A model generated the notes under the pieces. That model saw nothing but the letters and a program-made list of their open reading frames with translations, searched no databases and was not told where the DNA came from. A DNA stretch of 64,000 nucleotides, from NCBI RefSeq assembly GCF_009914755.1, contig NC_060941.1; one strand, given 5' to 3'. The position numbers were made by a program, and so were the translations under genes. This DNA is from the human T2T-CHM13v2.0 reference genome, Homo sapiens. Below are positions 32,837 to 51,260 of this stretch, piece by piece; the stretch's first letter is position 1, and the number at the start of each line of letters is the position of its first letter.

Positions 32837-33587
32837 TTTCATTACCTTTTGAACATATATAGGGAGAGGAGAGGCAATTCATGTTCTACCCAGCGCATGT
32901 GCCAGTTCCTATGTGTATATTCACCAGTACTGATTTCCTGAAAGGGCTTTGTTAATATCAACATTGGTTTGCCCTTTGTCCACACACACTGGCTAATTTG
33001 AGGGATAGTGATAATAGGCTTCTACTATACAGGCAGACATAGGCAAAAAACTATATACACAATAAATAATAAGTAACATGCTAGAAAGTGATGGGTGCTA
33101 TGGGGAAAAGAGAAGTATGTGGCAGGGGGTGGGGTCAGGTATTGTTAAGTTTTAAATAAGACGGTCAGAACAGGCATCACTGCAAAGATAAAATTTAAAC
33201 CTCAGTTACTTCTTCCTCAACTCCTCCAAAAAAATATTCAGGATTCTCTTTTCTAAAATTCTGAGGTATACAAAATACATGTATATTCTTCTCTGAACCT
33301 CCTCTATTCCTCACCATGTAGACTAATGAAATTACGCAACACCTGCAAGATTTTATTACAAAGGCCACTTTCCCACAAGGAGACCCGAGCTCCAAGACCC
33401 ACAGTGACAGTGCGGCGACCGAGTTTCCTACTTCCTCTGTCTTCCTAGGGTAAAAGTATCACTACATGGTAACCTGAGATTCTCTTACTTTCCATCTGAA
33501 AGAGCCTAACACTTTTAGAATGCCGACTCTCCCATTTTCTAGCTGCTCTTCACATATTGATTTACTCATCAGAGTAATAATTTGAAA

Positions 33588-33890
33588 GGCCAGGTGTGAT
33601 GGCTCGTGCCTATAATCTCAGCACTTTGGAAGGCCGAGGTGAGAGGATCACTTGAGCCCAGGAGTTCAAGACTAGCCTAGACAACATAAACAGACTCCGT
33701 CTCTACAGAAAACTAAAAAATTAGCTGGCTGTGGTGGTGCGTGCCTGTAGTCTCAGCTACTTCAGAGGGCGAGGCAGGTGATGACCATCTGGGCTCAGGA
33801 GGTCAAGGCTGCAGTGAGCTGTCATCACCCCACTGCACTCCAGTCTTCGTGACAGAGTCAGACTCTGTCTCAAAAATAATAATAATAAAA
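33588..33890 (+). mobile_element. AluJ-like
   Basis: ttgagcccaggag and ggtcaaggctgcagtgagct diagnostics. Confidence 0.9.
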
Positions 33891-34075
33891 GTGTACACTG
33901 ATTTATTAAAAAAAGATTTGACTCTTTACCATGTGTTCATTCTAAATGATGTCTGTTGAACTGTGCCAAGCACTATGTTAGCCAAGAGCTAGACCTACAA
34001 AGGTCAAGAAAACAAAGTATCTCCCTCTTCAAAACACAAGAGTTCATTGGAGGACACAGGTAATGGCAGCGCCAA

Positions 34076-34106
<31 letters not shown>

Positions 34107-34394
34107 TACATGGCATGCTAAGGATCAGGCTCTGAAGGCCCAGAGTATGCCAGGCTCGTAGAGTAAGAATAGAAAAAGTCCCTGGGAGGGGTGGGAAGAT
34201 AGTGGCACAGGTATACTAACGAGGGGAGTGACTTTTAAGAAAATGCACACTCTCAGCAGCATTCTCTGGTATTTAGGAAGAGATCTGGGGAGACTCAAAT
34301 ACTGCACTGCGGTCCCAATCTTGAAGGATCTAGAGGTCAACATCTGCGGGGAGGAGGCACTGTCTGGGAGAGGCAGGACATTTTTAGAGAATAC

Positions 34395-34790
34395 TATTCA
34401 GTGATTTTAGCATGTTCACAAAGTTATGCAACCACCACCACTATCTAATTCTAGAACATTTTCATCATCCCCAAAAGAAAACCCCATACCCCATAGGAGT
34501 CACCCCCATTCCCGCATCCCCAAACCCCTGACAACCACTAATCTACTTTCTGCCTCTACAGATTTGCCTAATACATGGCCTTGTGTGACTGGTTTCTTTC
34601 ACCTGGCACAATGTTTTCTATGTTCAGCCATGTTGCAGCATGTGTCAGAACTTCATTCCTTTTTATGACTAAAGAATCTTCCCTTGTAGGGACAGACTTC
34701 ATCTTCTTTACCCACTCATGAGCTGATGGCATCTGGTTGTTTCCACTTTGGGGTTCTTATGAAAACTGCTGCTATAAGCACGTAAAATTT
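34395..34790 (-). mobile_element. L1MB-type 3' fragment
   Basis: ttcacaaagttatgcaaccaccaccactatctaattctagaacattttcatcatcccaaaagaaacc...caaccactaatctactttctg. Confidence 0.85.
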
Positions 34791-34860
34791 TGTGTTGTAT
34801 AGGATCTTTAAAACTATATCTATGTTCCACTTTGATTAAAATAAATTTCACAGTATTTTT

Positions 34861-34960
34861 GGCCCTTGAGCCCCTATGCTCGGGTCCACTCTCACACTGT
34901 GGAGTGTACTTTCATTTTCAATAAATCTCTGTTTTTGTTGCTTCATTCAAAAAAACAAAA
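34861..34960 (+). mobile_element. Polyadenylated ERV1 LTR (MER41-like) fragment inserted by target-primed reverse transcription (TPRT)
   Basis: ctgtggagtgtactttcattttcAATAAAtctctg...gttgcttcattc then A-rich tail; flanked by a 22/23 direct repeat. Confidence 0.75.
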
Positions 34961-36047
34961 TAAAATAAATTTCACAATATTTTCTACTTTTCTGAACCCT
35001 ACCCATTATTCAAAGTCCAGCTCTGCAGCCTCCTCCCATCACATGGCTCTCTCACTGTCCGCCACTGCACCCCACACACCGGAAACAAACTAAAGATGCT
35101 GACCCACATTTGTGGTAAGTTTCACCTCTAAACATTCTCTGATTCTGAGAGCTACGAGTCCTATCATCAAAAATGAAAACTCTATGGAACCAGCTTGGCG
35201 TGGTTTTACTGGATCACTGAGTAGTCATGCCAGGTGTCCCGTCAGCTGGTGTAAGTATTGATCATCCTGCTGTGTGATTAACAAATAGTTTCAACACAGT
35301 CCTGGGTCAAAGGAAAATGTTTACACATCCAACAGGCCCAGGTTACTGTAGGGGACAACAATGCCTAGGTTATCAGGAAAGCTCACTGTTTAACTGGATT
35401 CAAGGAATAAATTATAAGCACCAGCCATTTAATGATAAATACAATTGATCTTTCTAGTACTTTTATTACTTGAGAGAATACAGGAGAATTGTCTGAAGAA
35501 GGGGGTAAGGGAGATTATTCAATTAATTCATTGGGTTTTCTGTATACTTCTAAACCAAATTCAGTTAGGAATTTTTACCAAAAAATTCCAGCCTTAATTC
35601 AAGGATGTTTATGAAAGCAAAGTTCTCTGATCAAATAAGAGTAAGTAAAAACGGGTGGGCGGGAGGAGTGTGCTTGCTTTTGTCCCTTGTTGCTTTGGAG
35701 ATCTACTTTGATACAGGAGCACTGCAGATCCCCTTCCTGTTTCCTTTGCTCTCCTGCCTTACTAATTATATATCACCCCTTCCTTGCAAAACCACAAGAC
35801 CAAATGTTACAAGTTACAAAATTGGTGTACTCCACCCATCCTTTACTCAGCTGACACAGAGCAAACTGAACCAGCGCGGTCCTGCCACAGCCCTGAAGAC
35901 GGAACCATCACATGACAGAGGAGCTTGCGAGAAGGGCCCAACACACCCACATACTGTGTGAGGCAGAGCAAAGGTGGCAGCAGTAAGACCACCAAGGTCA
36001 GCCAGTCCAAACTTCTTGATACCTGTTATTGATTTAAAAACAAACTA

Positions 36048-36602
<555 letters not shown>

Positions 36603-37403
36603 CCTAACTAAGCAGAAACCATTGTTTAAAATCTAATTATCTTGCTTTAGAAGGCAGGTGGTTTCAGAAAAAAAGAACTCTAAAACAATCTATTTTTGAA
36701 GTGTTTTTTTCCCAAGATTTTCTCCAAGCTTTTACTTAATACATTGTTCAGATGTTTCTCTGCCCTAAAAAAAAAATTCCCTTACAGTTCAAAAAATATT
36801 CCTAACAGGTTTAGAAGCAGTCCTCAAATTGCAGAAACTACTATTACCCAAAGAAATACCAAGTGCTCCTAAAATAATACCACATACTTATTCCACAAAA
36901 TATTTCTTAGCCTGCTCCCTCTGGGTCTGAAAAGGATAGCAAATCAATGGCCAGGGGGTGAGAATATGCTTCTCCACGTGCCCAGAAGGAAGGGAACATG
37001 AGATATGGGTGCACAGAGTGGCATCAGCTACGGGAAGCTCATGTGGCATCCAGGCAAGTAATTCAGTGGCCTCCACTAGCACATCAGCAGCAGAGATGCA
37101 GAAAAACAGATTACTTCAAGATGCGTTTTGGAAGTAGAATAAACCATACTACTAATGAACTGGATAGGCAGAACAAGAGAAAGGGAAGGCTGATATCAAA
37201 ACATTCAAAACATTTGATGGGAACACCTATGTGAGCGGATATGCTATTTCTCAGGTGGGGTGAATAAAGAGGGACACAGCACCAGGGGCTCTGCTGTGGC
37301 CATGCCAACTGTGAGAGACCCTGTAGGTATCCCCCAGGAGATGTCAAATGTGGCACTGGGATGTCACAGCCTGAAGTTTAGGGGTAGGAAGAGGGCTAAG
37401 CTA

Positions 37404-38662
37404 TAGCTGATTCTTGCTATTCAAAGTAGTTATTGTTTAAAAAGTTGTTGCTGTTGCCGGGCACAGTGGCTCATGCCTGTAATCCCAGCACTTTGGGAGG
37501 CCTAGGCGGGTGGATCACGAGGTCAGAGTTCGAGACCAGCCTGGCCAGCATGGTGAAACCCCATCTCTATGAAAAATACAAAAATTAGATGGGTGAGGTG
37601 GTGGGCGCCTGTAATCCCAGCTACAGCTACAGGCAGGGAGTATTGCTTGAACCCGGGAGGTGGAGGTTGCAGTGAGCCGAGATCACACCACTGCGCTCCA
37701 GACTGGGCGAGAGAGCGAGACTCCATCTCAAAAAAAAAAAAAACAAAAATAGTCATTGCTAACACTGAATTGGAAAAGACTAAACCGTTGCTCCTAGGGG
37801 AAATACAGGTTAGGTTCCTACAGACCTCTGGTCACACTTTTGTCAACTGAACAATACATAACCTTGTTTATATGGGTTTCTGTTTAAAGATGGCTTATTT
37901 AATATATATTGTTGTGTTTTGTTTTGTTTAAGACAGGGTCTCACTCTGTCACCCAGGCTGGAGTCCAGTGGTGACATCCTGGCTCACTGCAACCTCTACC
38001 TCCCAGACTCAAGCAATCCTCCCACCTTAGCCACCTGAATAGCTGGAACCATGGGCGCATGGCGGGGGGACATGGGCTCTATTTTTAGTAGACACAGGGT
38101 TTCGTCGTGTTGCCCAGGCTGGTCTCAAACCCCTGGGCTCAAGCAATCCACCTGCCTCAGCCTCCCACAGTGCTGGGATTACAGATGTGAGCCACCATGC
38201 CCAGCCAACTGTTGATTCATTAACATTGAACTCATGGCCAACAGCACTGTAACTCATTCCTGAGCAAAGCTTCGCTAACATACTATATTTTCTCCATAAG
38301 GCACATCATGGCCTCTTGTACTTAGGAACAATAGACAGAAATTCAGCATTATGATTAGGGGCTATTTTAAAGAGCAAGTCACCAGCAAAGGCACAAAAAT
38401 ACAAAAAAAAAAAAATGTAATGCTAAATAGACCACATAAAGGTCATTTGTTTACAGTATGAGGGCTGAAACAAGAAATCAGTCACCTTGTTTCACAGTGG
38501 CTGGAAATGTGTACACTGAGCAAACTGCATTTTTCACTGCTCTGTGAATGTCCAGAAATGACCACGAAAGGACTACCTTTGGACTGATTTGCGGGTTACA
38601 AATAAGCTTTAGTGAGTAGGAAAATTCATGAATACAAAATCCACAAATAACAAGGATTGACT
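37404..38662 (+). mobile_element. MER82 DNA transposon split by two Alus (37456-37749 +; 37915-38206 -)
   Basis: gctcctaggggaaatacaggttaggttcct...cattgaactcatggccaacagcact...gggttacaaataa...aaggattgactg. Confidence 0.8.
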
Positions 38663-38732
38663 GCATAAACGAAGAAGGAATCAGAGTACAGGTATCTCTC
38701 TGCTATTGGTTATATCAAATGATAATTTCATC

Positions 38733-38963
38733 TTTTTTGTTTTTTGTTTTGTTTTGAGACGGAGTCTCACTGTGTCACCCAGGCTGGAGTGCAGTGGCAT
38801 GATCTCGGCTCACTGCAAACCCGGCTAATTGTTTTGTATTTTTAGTAGAGACAGGGTTTCACCATGTTGGCCAGGCTGGTTTCGAAACCCTGACCTCGAA
38901 TGATCTGCCTGCCACGGCCTCCCAAAGTGCTGGGATAACAGGCGTGAGCCACCGCGCCCGGCC
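38733..38963 (-). mobile_element. Alu with internal deletion
   Basis: cactgcaaac joins directly to ccggctaatt. Confidence 0.9.
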
Positions 38964-39367
38964 TCAAATGATAATTTCAAATAGTCTAGTTCAAAGATCC
39001 TATTACTGGGAAAGAAACGGAGAAATTTAACCTATTTTACTAATTTGCAACATATTTCCTAGATGTTTGAAATAAGGACTCCTCCATCTCCCTCTCTTCG
39101 CCAGTTACAAGGCTGATCATATGATCTCCATGTTCAGATTTCTTTTTCTATTTCTAGTAGGTTTAGAGCTTGTGAGGAAAAAGGGAAATGTTAGTTATTA
39201 CTCTTTTCCACTGTAAAGGAGTTTTTTAATAAGCATTTTTATAGAGATTTTCATAGAAATTACCTTTAAAAAGTACCTAATTGGAGTAAAATCTCTACTA
39301 TCAATAAAGAGTACCAGGGCTACAGGGATAAACAATGCTGCCGATCATCTCAGACAGGACAGAGAAC

Positions 39368-39656
39368 TTCTTTTTTTTGAGACAGAGTCTTGCTCCGTCA
39401 CCCAGGCTGGAGTGTAGTGGTGTGATCTCAGCTCACCACAACCTCCGTCTCCTGGGTTCAAGTGATTCTTCTGCCTCAGCTTCCCGAGTAACTGAGACTA
39501 CAGGTGCGCGCCACCACGCACAGCTAATTTTTGTATTTTTAGTAGAGACAGGGTTTCATTATTGGCCAGGCTGGCCGCAAACTCCTGAGCTCATGATCCA
39601 CCCGCCTCAGCCTCCCAATGTGCTGAGATTACAGGCGTGAGCCACTGCACCTGGCC
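39368..39656 (-). mobile_element. Alu (S-like)
   Basis: TSD agagaacttc. Confidence 0.93.
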
Positions 39657-40105
39657 AAGAGAGAGAACTTCAACAACGTATTTCAGTTTATAATCTTAAC
39701 CATGTAAATATAAGTAAGGTCACACACCTCATATCACAATGTGATTATACAGATTAAATACGATACTGAAAATGTTAAAATGCCTAATTAAATACAAAGC
39801 CATAGGTAGTACTATAACGCATGAATTTTGTTGTTGTTTAGTTCAAGACTAGTCCTGCCAAGACATTCATAATCTTGGGAAACAGGACACACAAGAACAC
39901 ATAAAGCAAGAAAAAGTACACTCAGGATTACCAAATCTCCCCCAAAGGTTTACTCTTCCTTTTCCCAAAGTCTTAAGGCACATGTATGAGTGAGTGTAGG
40001 GCAGGGTGGGAGAGGGGCACCAGAGTCACCAGGAACATGAGGACAATCAGAGGCAAGCCTCTCATGCCACCCCAGCACAGCTAACAGACTGTCAATAAAT
40101 GGTCA

Positions 40106-40429
40106 GGCTGGGCGTGGTTGCTCATGCCTTCAATCCTAGCACGTTGGGAGGCTGAGGTGGGAGAATTGCTTGAGGCCAGGAGTTCTAGACCAGCCTGGGC
40201 AATATAGTGAGACCCTATCTCTAATTTAATTATAAGGAAAAAAGAAAGAAAAAATAAAAACAAGTCACAAGGCCGGTGCCACAGGCAAGTGCCAAACCTC
40301 CCCAGAAGACTCATGCTCTTGGCCAGGCAGTGGCTCATGCCTGTTAGCTCAACACTTTCGGGAGGATCACTTGAGCCCAGAAGTTTGAGACCAGCCTGAG
40401 CAACATGGTCAGACCTTATCTCTACTTAA

Positions 40430-40460
<31 letters not shown>
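40106..40460 (+). mobile_element. Two FLAM/Alu monomers (40106-40260; 40321-40460 with (AAAT)n tail)
   Basis: Single left monomers. Confidence 0.85.
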
Positions 40461-41245
40461 AGATAACAACAAAGAATCGGAGGGCTGCTGACATCCCTAA
40501 TTACATGGGGTTTGTGCACTGCCCTTAGGGAATCTAACAGTAGATTATAAACATTAACTGAGCAGTAATAACAGTTAGGACAGAAGACAGTGTATAATAA
40601 GGTACTAAATGGACTAAATAGGTGATTTGCCATACTCCAATTATGAAAACACCAACTTCTGCAAACTTTAATTACTTTTAACTCCTGCCATCTATCTCAT
40701 CTGGGGACATCAATCACTGATTCTTTAGAGTAACCTTTAATTAAAATCTTAGTTCCAAAGTATGTTGTCTAGTCTAGTACTTCAAACACCAAAAAACCCT
40801 TGCAGAATTGTTCTAAAATGATTTTTAAAATAATCCCTTAAAAAATATAAGAAGTCCCCCACCTCACCCCTTTTTTAAAATGATTCACCACTGAGTGGTA
40901 ATGACATCATCAATCCAGCGTACTGCAAACACCTGGCTGATGGCATGCTAGGATCCTCTCCTCTAGATACACGTGGAGTAGGGAGGGAGGGTCAAAGTGG
41001 CCGTTGTGTGAAGCTATGTCACATTGTGTGTCAGGACCGTCGTGGACAAAGCGACCGGCTACTGAGAAGCAGCGCATCTAGATAAACTCGGAAAGGAAAG
41101 GCATGCGTGTGATGCTGACAGAACTTTCCAAGAGCAACTGTCTTCTCTGATCTGCCATGCTTCAAAAACAAACCCTCTTACGCAGATTTGCCCACCCATA
41201 AGAATTTATACTTCTAGTTTTTACGTGACTTTCCCTCAATTTTAA

Positions 41246-41603
<358 letters not shown>

Positions 41604-41849
41604 TAAAATAAATTTTTGCATTTAGTTTGTGACTGAAGTTTTATGTCACTTTTTTAAGGTAAATCCATTTTTAAATTTATGCAAAATAACATACTTATAA
41701 AAATCTTTAACTGCTTTGCATATTATACTTATGTTAAATAAAAGCTCTTCTAAGCCTTATTTTGAAACTAGTTACATATCATTTGTACATTCCATTCCTA
41801 ACTAACCTCTATTATATTTTATATATAATAAAACATTTTTAAGGGGAAA

Positions 41850-43370
<1,521 letters not shown>

Positions 43371-43906
43371 TTAAAACAAGGAGAAGGAACCTGAAAAGTC
43401 TGCAGCAAATAGACAAATGGAAATTAATGTGCTCATCATCACCAATTAAAGGTGCTGAAAATGTCAGTTAGTACCCCTAGTTTGCTAATGAGGCTATTTG
43501 AAGTCCTTCAGAGAACTGAGTGACACAGTGAGACCCCATCTAAAAAACAAAAAAGAATTTAAAAATCTGTCTATTCAGAACTAAATCATTATTTGAGTGG
43601 ACTCATCTTCAAAAGTCTTTAACACATTTTGGGGACACAGATGTCTATTAGAAAATACCACTGGGGTGAGAGGATCACTTGAGCCGAGGAAGTCAAGGCT
43701 GCAGTGAGCTATGATCATGCCACTGCACTCCAGCCTCGGTGACAGAGCAAGATCTCATTTAAAAAAAAAAAAGCCTTCATAATCACCAGGAGACACAAGG
43801 ATGCTGAGAGGTTAGGAACACAAAGTTCAACCACTGGCCTATATTCCAATAAACATGGCAAAAATTAGACTAAGATTATTCACAAGGCGGAATTTCAAGG
43901 TTTGAA

Positions 43907-44181
43907 TTTTTTTCTTTTTTTTCTTTTTTTTTTTTTTTTTTGAGATGGAGTCTCGCTCTGTCGCCCAGGCTTCCTGGGTTCACGCCATTCTCCTGCCTCA
44001 GCCTCCTGAGTAGATGGGACTACAGACGCCCGCCACCATACCCAGCTAATTTTTTCATACTTTTAGTAGAGACAAGGTTTCACTGTGTTAGCCAGGATGG
44101 TTTTGATCTCCTGACCTCGTGATCCACCTGCCTTGGCCTCCCAAAGTGCTGGGATTACAGGCGTGAGCCACCATGCCCGGA
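43907..44181 (-). mobile_element. Alu (Y-like) with internal deletion
   Basis: cccaggct joins tcctgggttcacgcc; TSD tcaaggtttgaatttt. A plus-strand right-arm fragment lies at 43665-43772. Confidence 0.9.
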
Positions 44182-44586
44182 CTCAAGGTTTGAATTTTCA
44201 ACATAACTTAAGAAACCCTCATCCTTTGGGGGGATGACCGTGAGTGCAGTTTAAAAAAAAGAAAAGAAACCCTCCTATGAATTAAACAGGTCTTGGTTAG
44301 AGGTCAAAGTTCTCCTTCTAATTAGAATGTAAGGTACCTGAGAACTCTATTCATGTCTAAATTGCAAGGCCCATAGAGTGTCCAGCTCATTATAGGTGTT
44401 CAATAAGTATCTGTTGAATAGATGAATAAAAAACGACCTGGGAAAGAAGCTGCTATAATTTTCCCATTCTAATACATGTAAACACTAGCCGAGGTTCTTA
44501 GAACAAAGTTCATTCTGCCAATGCTGAGAGAGGCAGGAAAAAATTTTAATTATATCAGCAACCCAAAAGATTAAAAAAATATTCAG

Positions 44587-44998
<412 letters not shown>

Positions 44999-45174
44999 TT
45001 AAACTCCCTAACCCAGTAAGTCCACTTACAGGAATCTAGCCTAAGAAAATCACTGGAAATGTGAGCAAAACTTTATCCACAAGAATGTTACAGGATTCTT
45101 TCTTACAGGAACAAAGTGGAAACTTCTAAATAACAAGACAGGATGATTAATTAAACTATGCTCCATCTATATCA

Positions 45175-45902
<728 letters not shown>

Positions 45903-47286
45903 TGGCATGTGCTTGTGGCCCTAGCTACTCAGGAAGCTGAGGTGGGAGGATTGCTTAAGCATAGGAGATCGAGGTTGCAGTGGGCTATGACAACACCACT
46001 GCACTCCAGCCTGGTCAACAGAGTGAGATCCTGTCTCAAAACAGAAAGAAAATTTCCATAATAATAATTTTCTCAATGTTTGCCAAAGTGCTAAAGTAAG
46101 AAGGGCACAATTGTAGCCAATCGAAGCCCACTGCCTGAGGTGGCTTCATTTTCAGACTATATGGCAACTGCCCCGAGGAAGGACTAAAAGGTACTCTCCA
46201 AAGACACTCTGGGTAAGTGGACGCAGCCTCAGTTCTTCGTAGGTCTCATGCGCCTAGCAGTCTACATCCCAGCGCCAAGCCTCTCTTTCATCCAACGGGG
46301 TAGGCAAAGGGGTCTTTTTAGGTTGCTTCCTCACTGTTGTACAGATCAGGGCTCTAAAACTGGCACCTGGCCACTGGCTGCCTAGCAACAGCTGCAACAT
46401 AAAGAGACGGTATCTCTTAAAAGGAACAAAACAGAAAACCACACAAAGACACATGGGGAAGCTAAAGTGGGTAGGTAGCTATATACTTGGTAGCTATAAT
46501 AAAGGAGTAAAAACAAAAATCCAAGGTTGGTTATTCTTGCTTCTTTCATCTGTTGAGCCTCTTCTTAAAAACCTCTGTAAGTTCAAAACCCTCCAAGCGG
46601 AATACTGAATGGCTTAAAGCAAAACCACATAAATTAGATAGTTACAGCTGAGGAAATGCATTCAACACTCAGCCATCCCTTCCTACAATCATGGACGCAC
46701 AAATTCTTGTGAAATCATTTTATACACTCAACACGGGAAATGAAGGGAAGCATCTCTGGCCAGGCCAACTCAAGCCAGAGCCTGCCTGTGTGATGTGACC
46801 TTGGAGAGAACAGTTAGAGGTTCTGAAGCGTGAGTTTCCACACCTGGGGTCCCCAAATTTAGGGGCATTAGAAGTATATTTGTGTGCATGTGTGTACAAG
46901 CATGTGCATGTATGTACGTATTTATTCATTCACTCATTCCTGGATCTGCCCTGGTACGTTTGGTATGGCTAGAGTAAGGAACCAGAATAAATGGCTTTTT
47001 TGAAAGATTCCTCCAGGGATTCTGCGGGTTAGTCAAGTATGGGAACCACCATTCTAACCCAAATTTACTAGATTACGAACTTTAAAAGGGAAGGCTAAAC
47101 AAACCACTTCTGCATGTTCATCTGCCTAGGACATCTGCTACCACAATTGCAAAAGGTGCCCATGTGGAACGGAAAATACATGGTTGAATTTTACAAATTT
47201 AGACATATAAAGCTAAAAACTCAAGAAACACTGAATTCCCTCTTTTGACTACTGATGTTTTAATTCTGGCCTCTATCCAAATAGCA

Positions 47287-47290
<4 letters not shown>

Positions 47291-47340
<50 letters not shown>

Positions 47341-47406
47341 CATATATATGTGTATATATATATATATACACATACATATATATGTATATATATATGTATA
47401 TATATA
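47291..47406. repeat. (TA)n / TA-CA-TG compound microsatellite
   Basis: About 22 pure TA units followed by a degenerate alternating purine-pyrimidine tract. Confidence 0.98.
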
Positions 47407-47616
47407 GTTTAAAAGAAAGCAACAACATTCTACTATCTTAAAACCCTCTTTTCTAAACACTAGAAAATCAAAAATCGCATTACAACAGAACTTAAGACTT
47501 TTAAATAGAAGTGAAAAAGTAATTTTACACAAAAAGCATCATATACTTATCTTTCTAAAAGTTACAGGTATCAAGTAAGTCTGATGACATCACTTCTCAA
47601 AATCAAAATATATCCC

Positions 47617-47691
47617 AGATGCTCCTCAACTTACAATGGGGTTACTTCCCAATAAACCCATCGTAAAGTCAACCATAAGTCAGAGACAGTC
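47617..47691. mobile_element. Short MER47/Tigger5-like MITE
   Basis: cagatgctcctcaacttacaatggggttac..cccaataaacccatcgtaa...ccataagtcagagacagtct. Confidence 0.65.
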
Positions 47692-47720
47692 TCTATATAT
47701 TTTCTTGATAAATGGGATAC

Positions 47721-47931
47721 CCACCTCCCGGGTTCAAGTGATTCTCCTGCCTCAGCCTCCTGAGTAGCTGGGACTACAGGCATGCACCACCACACCCGGC
47801 TAATTTTTGTATTTTTTGTAGAGACAGAGTTTCAACATGTTGGTCAGGCTGGTCTCGAACTCCCGACTTGTGATCCACCCACCTCGGCCTCCCAAAGTGC
47901 TGGATTACAGGTGTGAGCCACCGCGCCCAGC
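47721..47931 (-). mobile_element. Alu lacking its 3' end
   Basis: Reverse Alu without A tail. Confidence 0.9.
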
Positions 47932-48256
47932 CTCGCGATTTCCAAGTTTTCAGTCACATAGCAATGCTACAATAAACACCCTTGTGCACACATTCTGGTA
48001 CACAACAGCAGTTCCCCACCTTCTGAGTCCCAACTCAAGAGGTTCTTGTTTTCAGATTTCAAGTTTCAGATCTCCAAGGGGAACTAATTCTCACAGGAAC
48101 TGCTTTTTCTAGTCCTGCTCTAGGCTGGAATGGGGTGATGTGTAACCTATTTTTGTGTTAAAATCAATTGACCTTGGGAACGTGATAATACAGGGAACTA
48201 AAAGCACTCACACTACTCAAAGCTTATTAAAACCTCTTTAAAAATCAAGAGGCAGG

Positions 48257-48575
<319 letters not shown>

Positions 48576-49310
48576 TTAAAGCTTAAATTCCTCTTATTAG
48601 AATGCTATACACACACATTTATACGTTTGAGAAAACAGTAGTCCAAAGCAAGAGCAGGAAAGGGAAAGAACAGTAGTAGTCAGCTAGACATTTGGTTTTG
48701 TATCCTTAACATCTATTCTGAGTGGAAATTAAACCAAATGAGCCTTTAACATAAACGTTTGAAAGAGTAACAGCATCTGGCCTGCTTCCTCCATACAATG
48801 AGGTGTCCATCATGTGACATGGGGGAAAACAGCAGATTTCTGGAAAAATAATTACCAAATAATGTTGTGCCAACATCTTCTAGAATAATAAACTTCTTTT
48901 TCCTATCAAGGTCCATTGTTCAGGGACATTTCCATTACCTGACAACAGGAAAAATTATCTTTACTCTCAGAGTACAAAAACATTCCTAAGAACAGAGAGC
49001 AACAACATAACCTTCTGACTCAAGATAGTCTCTGTTCCGGTAATTTGATGACAAATAGTGTTGCTGATCAGCAGAATATAGAGTGGAAAGGGCGGCTTTT
49101 TTGCACATGCCTTCCCCTACCTTTGAATTAGGAGCACTCTTCTAAAACTAGAAATGCTTCACGAAGTCAGACAAAGTCTACAAAGTACTGCAATACTTAA
49201 TACCCATGAGGCACACTTCCATAAGAAGAAAATGATATGCAGGAAGGATTAAACTGCCCATTCTCACAAGAAACATTCCATGGGCAAAGGCACTAAGGTA
49301 GATGTATAGA

Positions 49311-49804
49311 TGTAGTCGGCAGGATAATGGTCCCAAAGATATACATGTCCTAATCACTGGAACCTGTGAACATGTTAAATTCCATGGCAAAAGGGGATTA
49401 AGATTGCAGATGGAATTACATCTCCTAATCAGCCAACTTTAGAAGAGGGAGATTATCCTAGAGTATCCAAGTGGGCACACGGATTCTTCCAAATGGAAGA
49501 GGGAGGCAGGACAATCAGTGTCAGAGTGATGAGAGGTGAGACTCAATCAGCCACTGCTGGCTTTGAAGATGCAGGAAGGAGCTAAGAGCCAAGGAGTGTG
49601 GGCAGCCTTTAGAAGCTGGAAAGGTAAGGAAGTAGATCTTTCCCTAGAGCCTCCAGAAAGAAACACAACCCTGCTGAAATACATTTTGGCCCAGTGAGAC
49701 CCATTCCAGACTTCTGGCCTCCAAACTGTAAGATAATAATGTATATTGTCTTAAGCCACTAAATTTGTGATAATTTGTTATGGCAGCAACAGGAAACTAA
49801 TACA
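49311..49804 (+). mobile_element. MLT1D-like solo LTR
   Basis: TG...CA ends; ccaaagat...gtcctaatc..tggaacctgtgaa; gctggctttgaagatg; aagccactaaatttgtgataatttgtta...ggaaactaataca; 5-bp TSD ataga/atgga. Confidence 0.9.
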
Positions 49805-49862
49805 ATGGAAATGTCCGTCCGGCTGCTTTCTGGATGTTTTTAATCTCAAAAAAAGACTTTTG

Positions 49863-50180
<318 letters not shown>

Positions 50181-50229
50181 CTAGAATAAAGTGGATTCAC
50201 ACCACAAATCACCTTACTGTAGGTTATAG

Positions 50230-50570
50230 AGTAGTCCCTCCTTATCCACAGGGGATACTTTCCAAGACCCCCCACGGATGCCTAGACCACAAATAGTAGT
50301 GAACCCTATATACAACATGTTTGTTCCTATACATACATACCTATGATAAAATTTATAAAGTAGGCAGAGATTAATAATAAACTAATAATAAAGAACATTA
50401 TAATAAATAATAAAGAACAATAAGTTGTTCTATAAAATATGCTGTAATAAGAGTTACGTGAATGTAGTCTCTCAAAATATTTCCTTGTACTATACTCACA
50501 TATTTTCAAACCACAGCTAACTGCAGATAATTGAAACCATGGAAGGTGAAACCATGGATAAGGGGGAAAG
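50230..50570 (+). mobile_element. Tigger3a/MER7A-like MITE
   Basis: Inverted ends agtccctccttatcca ... tggataaggggg; internal gtaataagagttacgtgaatg..gtctctcaaaatat. Confidence 0.8.
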
Positions 50571-50597
50571 TATGCTAGCCTCCTCTTAAAGAATTTA

Positions 50598-51260
<663 letters not shown>

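Noticed and set aside
34073-34105. Orphan poly(A) run
   Set aside because: No TSD or element body; treated as a simple repeat.
46685-46720. Faint similarity to the U6 snRNA 3' end
   Set aside because: Too short and divergent; the rest of U6 is absent.
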